This document shows, in pieces, positions 52,701 through 64,000 of a stretch of DNA of 64,000 nucleotides; position 1 is the first letter of the stretch, and each line of letters opens with the position of its first letter. The DNA is taken from the NCBI GenBank assembly GCA_964035545.1, contig OZ037767.1, positions 21,344,628 through 21,408,627 of the forward strand, read 5' to 3'. Below the pieces are notes generated by a model that saw nothing but the letters and a program-made list of their open reading frames with translations, made no database searches and was not told where the DNA came from. This DNA comes from Bugula neritina (taxonomy: Eukaryota > Animalia > Bryozoa). Made by a program: the position numbers and the translations under genes.

Positions 52701-55700
52701 TCAAAGATGTCACATGTTACTGCAATGTCAGATGCTTTAGTAATTTGTCAAAATATTGGGCAGGTTTAACAGTCTAAATGTAATCGGCATATAATATATT
52801 CGAATTAGGAGCATGAGCATGATGAATTTAGAGATTTAGTTGATTCTAAAATTTGGCATTTCTGATTGCATCACGAGCAGGCCAACAGTCAACTGTCAGC
52901 AGGATTGCTAGTAAAGATACACAACCTGACATCGACAGAATTATCCAAGGCTCTCAGTGATGGTTGTACAATATAACAATATCACTAAAACTGAAGACCT
53001 TTAGCACTGACCAACTATTTGGGATGTGCTGAGATATATGTACTTTGTGTTTATGCATATAATATGTACTTCACAACATAAGTTTCTGCAAACTTTGATG
53101 AATTATGGGTGGTAAACAACCTTATAAATATCTTATTTATATACAGATAGAACCTGGTCATCTAGAAAGTCATACATGTAGCCTGCAGTAATTGTTGGAA
53201 CTTCATTACTTAATTATTCTGAGATATTTAGAATAACCAAATTTGAAAAATACTGATGCATTGTGGTATTTAACATTATTATATTAGTGCAAGGTTAGAT
53301 TAAATTTAATGTATCTGAAAGAAAGCTTGTGCTATGGTGCAAGAATACCAAATTAATAACTTTTCGCTGACTAGTCTTGTAAGCAATACATATGTAGTAT
53401 AATGATCATCAGAGAGGAGCCCATTTGATACAGAAATAAAATAGCATTCCAACTCTCATCACCATTTAAAGGCAATGCCTGCAACTGGCATTAAAATATT
53501 ATTATTAGGAGCTGCAAGTATGAGTGAAGACAACTCCTGATAAAACAATATGTTTTTAAATGCATATATCTAAATTTGCAGATCAACTGTTGACTAGTTA
53601 TAGATCATAACTGCGATATTCATGACTTTAGATCAAGCAAGACATCAACACGTAATCACCATTACGGATGCAACACACTTCTTTAGGATGTAAGACAAAC
53701 AAATAATTCAAGCAGCCAAAATAAGTACTTTGTTGGAAATGCATGTTTGAGTATAATATATTTTATAGTCATTTCACTGCAGAAATAAACAGCAATAAGT
53801 TAATGCAGGACGCTTAAGAAAAGTTAATAAGTTGAAGTTAATATACATTGTGCAACACAATTCTACAGCTAGCGCACTGATGCAGCTCTGTAAAATCACA
53901 GGCTCTATAGCAGGAAAAGAATATGCAATATATTATATACAATACACTAAACACAAGCTTGTAAAGTTGGCTTTCTTATTTAGCCATGAAGATTTGTGGA
54001 GCGCATTTATGAAGTTACATATTTTATTTCCAACTTCAAATAGCAGAAATTGCTAGCCTAGCCTTCACCAAGAGCTCCATGCCTGGGGCAGCCGCAGAAA
54101 TGAATCCTTCCATTGTAAATTAGTTGTTACAATCAGAAGTCTTACATCTGAAAGACATCTTCAGTTATACAAAACTGAGCATTATAAAAGCAAAAGCCAT
54201 TATGTACTTTAGCATTTGACAACTATTTATTACATTTTCAGCATACTATCCAATACCTAAAGCTTCAACATTTTAGAAATTTTTTCTTCGAAAGTTTTAA
54301 AGAAGCCCAGTGAAGACCACACATACTTATTGGAGAGCTGAAATGTGTGCCCATATCTAAGTTATTCCTGTACTCTATTACTGACAGTTATGATTTGTTC
54401 ATTTAATCTCTCACTTTGCAGAAGAAGTTTTGGGAATTTGAGTAATTTTAGTCAAACATATACAGATGCTGTTCTATATTCTAAAAGAAAATTTGTTAGC
54501 ACTCTACTACATAAAATGTATTCAGAAATTGAATCGTTTTGTCTTAAAACGTTGTAGCCTGTAAAGCTTAGTGAAAATAACAGCTTCTTTTACTTTTTTG
54601 CAGAAATTACTTGACCAACTTTCATTGCATGCTATCCTTAGCTGCTGCAATACACAGCTAGCTTCAAAGTTCAAAGTTTAAACTTTCAAACTGAGAAAGT
54701 TAGCAATAATTATCATCAGTTTTATAATACCTGACCTCAGAGCAAATCTAACAGAACAATATTAGCAAGTAATTATAATTTATCCCAAATTAATTCGAGA
54801 CATGTTTGCACAAAATTTCTTATAAAACTAAATTGTTTGAGCGTACAATCTTTTTACATTTTGTAGATGATAGGAAAGATATACATGTGAATGTTTTTAT
54901 ACTGCATAAATGAAGTGTGTCGGGGATTTATTGCCGGCAATTATTGCCGCTATCACCATGTAGCAGGCCATCTAGCACAACTGTAAGTGCTACCATTGTA
55001 AGATAGTTGTTTTTGAGTGCTAGAGAAAACTAAAATGGTTAATTATAATTACTAGTCCAGTTGTTTAACCATCTATAGCGGTTTACATTTAATGTCACAC
55101 CTGTCTCTCGTCACAGGCCAACAAAATCCAGCTATAAATAGATCTGTGTATTTTGCAGTAGTAAGGATTTTACTGATCTCTTTTATACTGGAAACTCTTA
55201 TACACCTGTCAAAAATTATCTATTTGGAGTGAAGCAAACTCTACAGATTATTGGAGTTGTGTTTCCAGACCAAGAGTACAATAGCAGAGGCGCAAAATCT
55301 TTGACAAAAGTCAAGGGTTGATTTTTCTAGAAATTTTCCATTTTCAATTAGAATAAAATAAAATTTTCCAGTTTTTGTAGTATGTACCAGTCACACCATG
55401 TTCTACAAATTGCACCTCCCCAACATATTAATAGAGTAAAGTAAAGCGAGCCTAGCCTGTTGGTTGCAAAATTATCAAAAAGTGAAATAAATTTATAGCA
55501 ACATAAGTTTACTCTTATGTTGAAGTATAGGCACAAAACTTCAGTCAGTAAAAAATTACAGCCTTTTTTCAATTAGCAAAACCTGAAACGTTGGTAACTG
55601 ATTGACTTTTGACTGAGTAGAATTTGGTTGGCATTCAAGCAGCAAACTTTTGGTTTTGTCAATTTCAATACCCAATGCAAGTGGAACAGATCCAATACTT

Positions 55701-56475
55701 AATAAACAACCCTTTGTTGTAAATGTGAAAAATAATGGATTGGACCAAAATTGAAACACTGGCAGCAAGTTATTCAATAGGAACACCACAATTACATATT
55801 TAGCAATGTATTTGATGACAGCATAATCCAAGTCTTTTTATATATTGCTGAAAGTTATCAAAATGCTTTTTAGAAACTCAAGCCTTAATATTTGTATTTT
55901 GTACAGAAAATTTAAAGGTTAGTTGAATTAAATATTGCCAATATTAACAATTCTAGAGTGTTGCAAACTACCAAGTAGGCTTAATAATTGTGCATTTTAA
56001 GGATGTTTTCTTGGGGTAATTAACATAACATGTCAGTATAAACAGTATTTCCTTTACTTGGTAAAAATTTGATTGAAATACTGACACAAGCAAAATCAGA
56101 CTTTCAATAAAGAGACAAATTATGGAATACATAATGAAAGATATAATAAAATCATAGACAGAAAATAATGATATTTAGGTAACCTCGTGTTCAATGTAGA
56201 GCCTCCAATACTTGCTGCAGTTAGGGAACTGAGCTATCAGCTTTTCATAGAATGATCGAGCATCAGCACACTTTTTCCTCTACAAATCAAATGATTTAAT
56301 GACACAGGTTGCACTTCAAAAAATTTCACATGCAATTTTCAATGTATAGCAATTTTACTTAACAGCTACTAACTTGGTATTCACGAATAAAGATGCCCCA
56401 TGCTTCTATGTCAAAGGGTTCATCCCGGAGACGATCTTGTGCCTTTCGAAACCTTTCTGCTGCTCCTTTATATTC
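46152..56475 (-). CDS. CSTF3: Cleavage stimulation factor 77 kDa subunit (suppressor of forked)
   Basis: HAT-repeat exons: 56475-56374 ([16 protein letters not shown]), 56279-56184, 51233-51087 ([14 protein letters not shown]), ~50987-50901, ~50622-50496, ~50323-50166, ~50044-49735 ([36 protein letters not shown]), ~49413-49339, ~48967-48823 ([19 protein letters not shown]), ~48610-48497, ~47649-47583, ~47496-47296, ~46945-46787, ~46617-46488 and a terminal exon ending RQQKRVR* at 46152. The start codon is uncertain: an upstream mini-exon (ATG|GT at 58915-58913) or the in-frame ATG at 56553. Confidence 0.93.
47898..48488 (-). repeat. 20-bp minisatellite of consensus 5' splice sites (sense strand atacgtagtatgAG|GTAAGT)
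   Basis: About 29 units directly downstream of the true donor ATG|GTAAGT at 48496. Confidence 0.95.
48640..48820. repeat. 20-bp minisatellite (cagtaagaactcagtctaca)
   Basis: About 9 units in a CSTF3 intron. Confidence 0.88.
49445..49727. repeat. Compound (TAG)n/(CAG)n trinucleotide microsatellite
   Basis: Lies in CSTF3 intron 49414-49734; gives the poly-L/poly-T stretch in the ORF track. Confidence 0.93.
50335..50870. repeat. Two intronic minisatellites (22-bp at 50335-50485; 16-bp at 50626-50870)
   Basis: catatgtaatagtaagtatgat and gtgtcacatatayart units on either side of a CSTF3 exon. Confidence 0.8.
52349..52533 (+). mobile_element. Truncated copy of the hAT MITE seen at 2690
   Basis: CAGGGGTGGGCAA start and colinear similarity (gcccatttttcagtggcc, ggcgacaaattactt, cttctgaacttggc); right TIR missing. 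Confidence 0.7.
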
Positions 56476-58456
56476 CTTCAAAAATCGCAAATTATGTGCT
56501 AGAACTTCGAGCAGAAGTTGAGCATCAAAATCTTTTTCAACAGTTGGCATCATGCTGCAAGCTAAATTACTTACTGAAATTATTTGAATTCAAACCTTTT
56601 CAGTTAGAGGAAGATAATCTTTTGTTTGAGCAGTAGGAGTTACATCGGATGACATCTTTTTGAATTATTGTGTAATTCCGAACAGTTGTTGCGCTCAAAC
56701 AATTTTTATGCAATTACAAAAGTTGGAATCTTTAAACAATGCTGCTTTATAATGAGAAGCTACAGAAGACCATCAAAACACATTAATGGTACAGAGTATA
56801 TGGACTTTATTCATCACATCTAAAGAAACTCCACTATTGATTTTCAATACTTCTAACATTGAAAAACCTAAAAATCTAGTTGAACAAAACAGACATCTAC
56901 AAAAATCAAAACGTTGATTGAAATACACAACAAAAACTTTTGCACAGAATATAGAAAAACTACTACTAAACAATATACTTTATTGATGCTTTCGATGACT
57001 AAACATCTTGAATAATCTTTAACTCATCATGACCCAAAGGCCTAAAATACAAAACAATTCACTTAGGCATCATATATTTTTAAATATATGAAGGACAGCC
57101 CTTGTATTGGTTAGTAAGCGAGCTACAATCTGAATAATGCCTTAATAACAAATGTAGTTTCACCAATTGCACAATAAAAAACATCCTAACAATAATATCC
57201 AGGACTAAAATGATAGTCTGAAAAAACATGACTAGTAGCTATTACAATATACAAGTACTAATGAGGTAAGAAACACCAAATTTGAAATATAATAATTTGA
57301 ACATGTAGTATATACATATAAATCATATTTGCAGAGTAAACATCTCGTAACAACTTATCACTGTGAATTAATTTGATACACAAACGAAACTATAGTGCTT
57401 TAATTAAAAACTGGTTAAATGTTCAACTTGACATTTTAATACAAATTTTTACAATAAGAATGTGATCATAAAAATAGTTTTGTTAAATTTTGATCATAAA
57501 AGTAAATGACCAAAAACTGTAAGTGAACCTTGCAAGCAATTTTATAAAAAAATGTTTAATTTCCTTACTATTAATTTTATATTTTGATAATGATATTTTT
57601 TGAATCATTAAATTATCCATACTATTTTATTTAATACTTATTTCTTATTCTATATGTTTCAATTTAAATACAATATTCAAGTTTATTGTTACTGCTAGCA
57701 TCACTGATGGTTTAAGATAAGTGCCATTAATTCAATTACTATTAGTATTAGTATTACTATTAGCATAAGCATTAGCTATATTTTTAAAATTTATATTTTG
57801 GTATTGCTTGAATTATCACATTAATGATTAATAATATTATCTAATATCTTGTTTTAGTTTAATAGATACTTATACTTACAGTTATTAATATTCATAATGA
57901 TCACTCGTAATCACGGTAACGGGTATTGGTTATGCCTATGAACTATGCAATTGAATCATGAAATGATGAATGTAATTGTATGCCGCTATCACTATGACTA
58001 TGCCCTATCGGCTATCACTTATCAGTATCGCTCTGAGTATGAGACTCTTAGTCTTACTCTAAGTCTATGTTAAGCCTAATGCCCTAGCCCCTAGAAGAAG
58101 GCCTAGCCCTATGGGCTATGGGGTATGCCTATGGCTATCACTTTCACTATCACTATGAGTATGAGTATCAGTATGACGTATGACTATCAGCATCAGCATG
58201 AGTATCACTATCAGTATGAGTATCACTATGACTATCACTATGACTATCGTCTATCAGTATGACTTAGACTATGAGTATGAGTATGGCTATGCGGATGCTT
58301 ATGGTGATGGTCACTTGGTGTAGCTACTTCAAGTTTATAGATTAAAGCAAAGGTGCATACTTATTTAAATCTAAAGGTTGTACAGGTGTCTTGAAAATCG
58401 TAGCTTTTCAAGGTTGAAATGTTCGCATCTATGATAGATATGGCGATGAATAGCCG

Positions 58457-58861
58457 GGGTTGTTCTATATGCAGTCGGCTGGCTCAGCATTCAGCGGGTA
58501 TCTATCTTTTGATTAGCTAATTATGTCGCGCCATAATCTCTAAACGTGATGGTGATGTATGTGACTGTCGTAGCGCACACGCTCACTCCAACTCGCGCAT
58601 CAATTAACACTAACATTTTCAATTTCACAGCTTAGAATTTTTTTATGCAATAAGTTACCTAACTCAAACTACATTGTTGATGAATTGATATAAGTGTCAT
58701 TTTTATTTTTGAATATTTTTTTTAATAATGAAACTAAATGCAGTTGTTTTCATGACAGTAGTAACAATATTATAGAGTAAACAAGTCAGACACCCTCCAT
58801 CATCAGCTAATCAAGAAACATAACCAAATGTCGAGCCAGCCGACTGCATATAGAAAATTCC
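58457..58861. mobile_element. Mutator-like (MULE) MITE
   Basis: Perfect 9-bp TSD GAATAGCCG (58448-58456, 58862-58870); imperfect ~60-bp TIRs GG....TTCTATATGCAGTCGGCTGGCTC. Confidence 0.82.
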
Positions 58862-59196
58862 GAATAGCCGATGGGTATGTCCTTGGTTGAGGAACGCTAG
58901 AATAGGTAATACCATTCATTCCGATTCTCCAAGTGGCCGCTCAAAAAGAAATACATTTTCGAACCGTTGGCAAAGTTAACAACTCCTAATTTAGATAACA
59001 TTGCGGTTATATATCAAAAGGTTAACCAAGTAATCGTGCACACATTACACGCTGCACACACGCAAAGTTGGCGTTTATACTATTAGTTGTAACGCAGTAA
59101 ATTATAAACGGCAAAACTACCGGTTGGACACAATGAGCTCACTCAATAATCTTATATATCTTTATCTAGAGCATACGCTAGTTTGCTGACAGCCTG

Positions 59197-59214
59197 CACG
59201 TGCACCTGAACGTG
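59197..59214 (+). promoter_or_regulatory. Tandem E1-E2 E-box (CACGTG-N6-AACGTG), candidate CLOCK:BMAL/CYC site
   Basis: Sequence CACGTG CACCTG AACGTG, about 155 bp before the cry 5' UTR donor CAG|GTAAGC at 59370. Confidence 0.65.
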
Positions 59215-59952
59215 ATAGCAGTACTATAGTAATCATTCAGATAACAAAACGGTGCATATTGCTGACGAACTGTGATGGTAGGCGCATGTAATAATACTCG
59301 TTGATTTCAAATTCACTTCAATTTTGTCTTTTATAGCACCATATCAGCTGGTGATTTTTTTTATACACAGGTAAGCTACATCCACTAGAGTCTAAGATAA
59401 AGATTAGAGAATATTATTATAATTATTAAATTTAATATTATTATTACTATTACTGTATTAGTATTAGTATTACTATACTATCAGCATGAGTATCAGTAAT
59501 ACTAATATTTATATTAATAGAATAATACTAATAATTGATAGTCATACTGATACTGATAGGGATAGTAATGGTTGATACTTGAAAGCTGATACTCATACTC
59601 ATAGTCATACCGTAACGGTAATACTAATAGTAATACGATTACTATTAGATTTAGTATCACTGTTACTATTAGTATTACTATTACTATTAGTATTAGTATT
59701 ACTATTATTATTAGTATTACTAATTTAGATACATTTTGATTTTTATTTTATTTATGATTTGAATTATAAAAAATAATTAATAATTTAAAATATAACTTGA
59801 TATTATTATTAGTAATAGTAATACTAATAGTAATGCCTAATGCCCAATGGTATTGCTATAAATATAAGTATAAGTAATTTATTTTTAGTAGTAGTATAAG
59901 TATAACATAAAGTTGAACTGCATGACTATTAGTATAAGTATAGCTATATTAA

Positions 59953-60552
59953 CCTGGATTATGCTTCTGCTGTTTGGGACCCCTATACTACAAAAGAAAT
60001 AAATTCCATCGAAGAGGTACAAACACGGGCAGTGAGAGCCATAGCTAACATCAAGGGTAGAAGAGGAGTGCGAGAAGCAAAAGAAAGACTGGAGCTGGCC
60101 GCCCTCGATGAAAGAAGAAGAACTCAACGGCTAAGACTCCTTATGAGGATACTCCAAAAGGAAGAATATCACCCAGCACTCTCTGCAGCGTATGACGAAC
60201 TAATAAATACCCCGGAAAGTTTTATCCAAACTAGAGCCCAAACACTAGGACAGCCAAGATCAGTCAGCACCAATAATAACTGCTATTATAACAGCTTCTT
60301 GCCACGAACAATCCGTGACCTTAAAGGGAACAATCTTTGCAAGACTAATTTACACACAGAATAATCTAAACATTGACAGGTTAACTTACCTGTACTAATA
60401 AACAATGTTGCAACACACACTGCAACCAATTTATGGACTATTGTATGCATTTTACTTTCTGACCAACCATAAACATATGAGGCATGCCGCTTCTGCTACC
60501 TTGTGGTCTAGCATGATCGTAATCTGGAGAAAAAAAAAAAATGGAGAAAAAA
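59953..60552 (+). mobile_element. 5'-truncated LINE fragment (CR1/L2/Crack-like C-terminus)
   Basis: LDYASAVWDPY...IEEVQTRAVR...LDERR and YNSFLPRTIRDL motifs, a 3' UTR and an A-rich tail at 60530-60552; lies in cry intron 1. Confidence 0.8.
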
Positions 60553-61453
60553 GTATAAATAACTATTAGTATGCATAATTTTATTAATTTTACTTAAAAT
60601 TATAAATAAATGATTATGATAGATACTAATACTAAGAGTAATAGTATTATATTTAGTTAAACTTGAAGTTAGTGTTATAATAATATCAAAGTTATATTAT
60701 AAATATAATAAATTGATAAAAATAATATGATTATCAATATCATATCGATATTCATTATGATTATGACTCATTATCATAAACATAATCATAATGCTAAACT
60801 AAAGCAGTAAACTATAACAGTAAAGTTAGGGTAATAAATAATAATAATTAATTATAATATAATTATTGGTTAAATGACAATTATAATTTCAAAAGTATGG
60901 TGAATCTGATGCGGATAGGTATTATAAATTTTAAGTTTTACTTACAGTTATAGTTATAAAATACAGATACCTACTACATATACTATAATATTGATACTAA
61001 TAATAATAGATATAATGACTATCACTAAGGCACAAGTGTGTAAGTCAGTATGAGGATAATTGTAACTGAAACTTGGTCACATTGTCAATTAGATCACCCT
61101 AGGTCAAGTATAACTAAAAGGCCTTGTAGTTGTACAATCATGAAGGATTATAACGAATCATGACTATAATCTTGTCATTTTCATTATCATGTTAGTAATT
61201 TTTATATTATTATTATAAGAATTAGCAATAAGCTGAAGAATGATAGTGACTTCAAACGGATAGTCAATAGTTGGTAATGATGTCATGGCCTAACCACTTA
61301 CAAATAAAAGATGGGCTGTATTAGCCAATTACTGTTTCAAATTAAGTAAAATATTTAGTGTCAATATGCTTTTGATGTTTTTCAGGCTCAGCTCGATTTA
61401 AGCACTAATCTTGAAAAAGTTTACTCTCAAAATGAGTGCACTACTAAATCGTG

Positions 61454-63807
61454 ATGTCAACACCTAAAAATGAAATAGCCATTCCGCATGAATTGTTGTT
61501 TGAGTCAAGTGATGAGGAGGTGTCAGGTGATGCCGGTACAGCTGTGCACTGGTTTCGTCGCTGTCTACGCTTTCATGACAATCCTGCCCTCTGTGAAGCT
61601 ATCCGCTCCACTGATAGCTTCAGATGTGTCTACATAATAGACCCCTCAAACTTCTCTACCAACTCATCTGTTGAGAGTAACAAGTGGAGGTAACACATAA
61701 TCCCAAAGTGCATCTTCCTGTTATCTATTCACCTCGTTTGTAATTACTTGAACTAAAACAGTTGACTTGACTTTTTTATAGTTGCAGGAGTAACTAATCA
61801 TACATTTGTTAGATGTGTTTGAATGCTAAAGTCCTTGTGTACTTTATAAAGCACTGTACTTATATTTATCTGAGCTGTTGCCTATTAACTGCTCGTTGTT
61901 GTAGATTCCTTATAGAGTCTCTACAAGACTTGGACCACACTCTAAAAAGACACAATTCCCGACTGTATATCATAGAGGGCCAGCCAACCTACATACTCCC
62001 TTTGTTATTCAAGGTACGTCATAAGTAAATGAGAGTTATAGCTGATATTTAGCCTCGTCAAACAATAGCTAAACTTATCAGCTTCCTGTTGAAACAATCC
62101 AAACTTTCACCGGGTTGTTGAATAAAAGATATTTTATTCAAAGCAGTTTTTTATCCCGAAAAACATACTTTAGCGCATATGTGAAGAGATGTGTTAGGGG
62201 ACATGTTGAGAGGATAAGTAAGGAGATGTGTTAAGGGGACAGCACACAAAGCTGATCAAAACTAATGAGTTTAGTGCTAAGGTCACCTAGCTGCCCATGA
62301 GCTGCCCCTGAGATGTGCATGGTGCTGACACGCATCAACTGTAAATGTAGGGTAATTATGTGTATGTGTGAAGAACCTGGATTGATAATTGAGGATAAGT
62401 AGTATGTTGAGATATAATTACATATGTAGATTTCTTGATGGCTTGTTTTATTTACATATGTCCTATAAACGAATACCTTACCTATATTTGTAATTTTCCA
62501 ACTCTCTTGATTTTGCTTGCTGACAGCACTGGAATGTCACGGTGCTGTCCCTTGAAGAAGATCCCTCTCCTTACGGCGCCAGGCGAGATGATGCCATATG
62601 CTCTCTTTGTCAGCAAAATGGAGTTCATGTCATCAAGCGATGCTCCAACACTCTCTATCCTATAGATAAGTGAGTAGTGGCAACACAAATGTCCATTTAT
62701 AGAAATATTGTAGAATGTGCCATGTGATTTGTATTGTGATATGACACGTCATGTCATGTGGTATGGCATGTCACATGATGTGTCGCACTCAATTTCTATT
62801 CTAGACTCGTCAACCTGTGCAAGGGTTTTAAACCAATCACCTTACAGAGATTTTACGGCGTCTTTGAAACTGCTGGCTTTCCAGAGTATTGCACTGAGGC
62901 TATCGAATTCAACAAGTTGAAAATATCAGCTGATCAATCAGATCATGAAATGAAGTATGGAATATCTACACTAGAACAGCATGGTGTGTATATACTCTAT
63001 ATCTGCACTAGAACAGCATGGTGTGTATATATACTCTATATCTGCACTAGAACAGCATGGTGTGTGTATATACTCTATATCTACACTAGAACAGCATGGT
63101 GTGTATATATACTCTATATCTACACTAGAACAGCATGATGTGTATATATACTCTATATCTACACTAGAACAGCATGATGTGTATATATACTCTATATCTA
63201 CACTAGAACAGTGTATTGTAGGGTTGACCAAGTTGATGGGGTTAAGTAGTGCGTTGTGGCCAGGGGGAGAGACAGAAGCTCTAAGAAGGTTACAGAGTCA
63301 CCTTGAGAGAAGGGTATGTTTACAGTTAGCCTATCATATCTACTGTATGCACATCATTGCATATTTCTCTTGGTATGTTATCAAGTTTTCCCAGGTGTTA
63401 ACAGTTTCAACTGTTTCTATATATGTTCTCGTCACTCCATTCATTGCCATGGTGGGTTGGACACTCGTCGGTAAGTCATTTCTCACTGTATTTATGCATA
63501 GGAATCTACCTCTACCTCGGCCAGGTTACATTTCTAGTGCCTGTACTTGAGAGCAGTTCAACTAGTCTATTGCTAATGATGGAAAACAAATTGTTAATCT
63601 CTTCTTTTATCATTTCTCGATCAATTGAACTTAGATTTTAGCTTTTGTTCTGTATGTTTATAGATGTGGGTGGCATCTTTTGAAGAGAGGCCAAGGCTAA
63701 CACCCGCGTCCCTCCTGCCATCTTCTAATACTCTAACGCCTTACCTTGACCTCGGGTGTCTTTCAGCACGACGACTTTATTACGAGATGAATAACCTTTA
63801 CAGAAGG
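61454..63807 (+). CDS. Cryptochrome, mammalian-type (repressor class) CRY, divergent; continues beyond the window
   Basis: Exons 61454-61689 ([16 protein letters not shown]...NKWR), 61905-62012 ([26 protein letters not shown]), ~62527-62669, 62805-62983, 63222-63313 ([19 protein letters not shown]) and 63664-63807 ([17 protein letters not shown]...PYLDLGCLS). HLER..WVA.F.RP is characteristic of vertebrate-type CRY. Upstream non-coding exon donor at 59370, acceptor at 61385. Confidence 0.88.
62962..63212 (+). repeat. 37-39-bp tandem repeat of the cry exon end plus donor
   Basis: ATATCTRCACTAGAACAGCATG|GTGTGTATATACTCT, about 6.5 copies; makes up the whole intron 62984-63221. Confidence 0.92.
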
Positions 63808-64000
63808 GTCAGTATATTCACATTGTATTCACGCTTCTTTCTATCTCCATCTTCTGTTTTCCCTCACAATATCTCACCTCTTCAGTTGTCTCCATTTATC
63901 ATGTTTTCACTCCACCTTTTTGCTGCCAGCTAACTTTCTTCTATTTTCTCCCCACATTTTCTTCTTCTGTTTTATTTCATATAGACATAACCCTTGCTTC

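Overview
AT-rich, intron-dense genomic DNA from an invertebrate animal; a lophotrochozoan is my guess, and it cannot be proven from this window. Hand-spliced genes, left to right: 3' part of an EFCAB6-like EF-hand gene (+); an ACK1/TNK2 tyrosine kinase (-); a CaRF/ALS2CR8-domain gene (+); an unrecognised coiled-coil protein with a C-terminal TM helix (+); MRPL10 (+); CSTF3 (-); and the 5' part of a mammalian-type cryptochrome (+). The most notable structure is in CaRF-like intron 2. A decayed R2 retrotransposon sits there outside rDNA, at a site that reconstructs to the AAGG|TAG core of the 28S R2 target. Its HDV-like ribozyme has a P1 strand (GAGAGUC) complementary to 28S rRNA (GACUCUC), and that partner is absent here. 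An intact full-length RTE element (13-bp TSD) is nested inside the R2. It has its own complete HDV-like ribozyme, whose P1 strand is overlapped by a 21-bp 5' fold-back. Other observations: minisatellites that amplify splice-site sequences (about 29 AG|GTAAGT decoys in one CSTF3 intron); degenerate hexamer arrays in first introns; a CSTF3 intron resembling the vertebrate autoregulatory intron 3; a tandem E1-E2 E-box upstream of cry; and several MITEs, a SINE and a LINE fragment. All exon models were read by eye from GT-AG sites and frame continuity.
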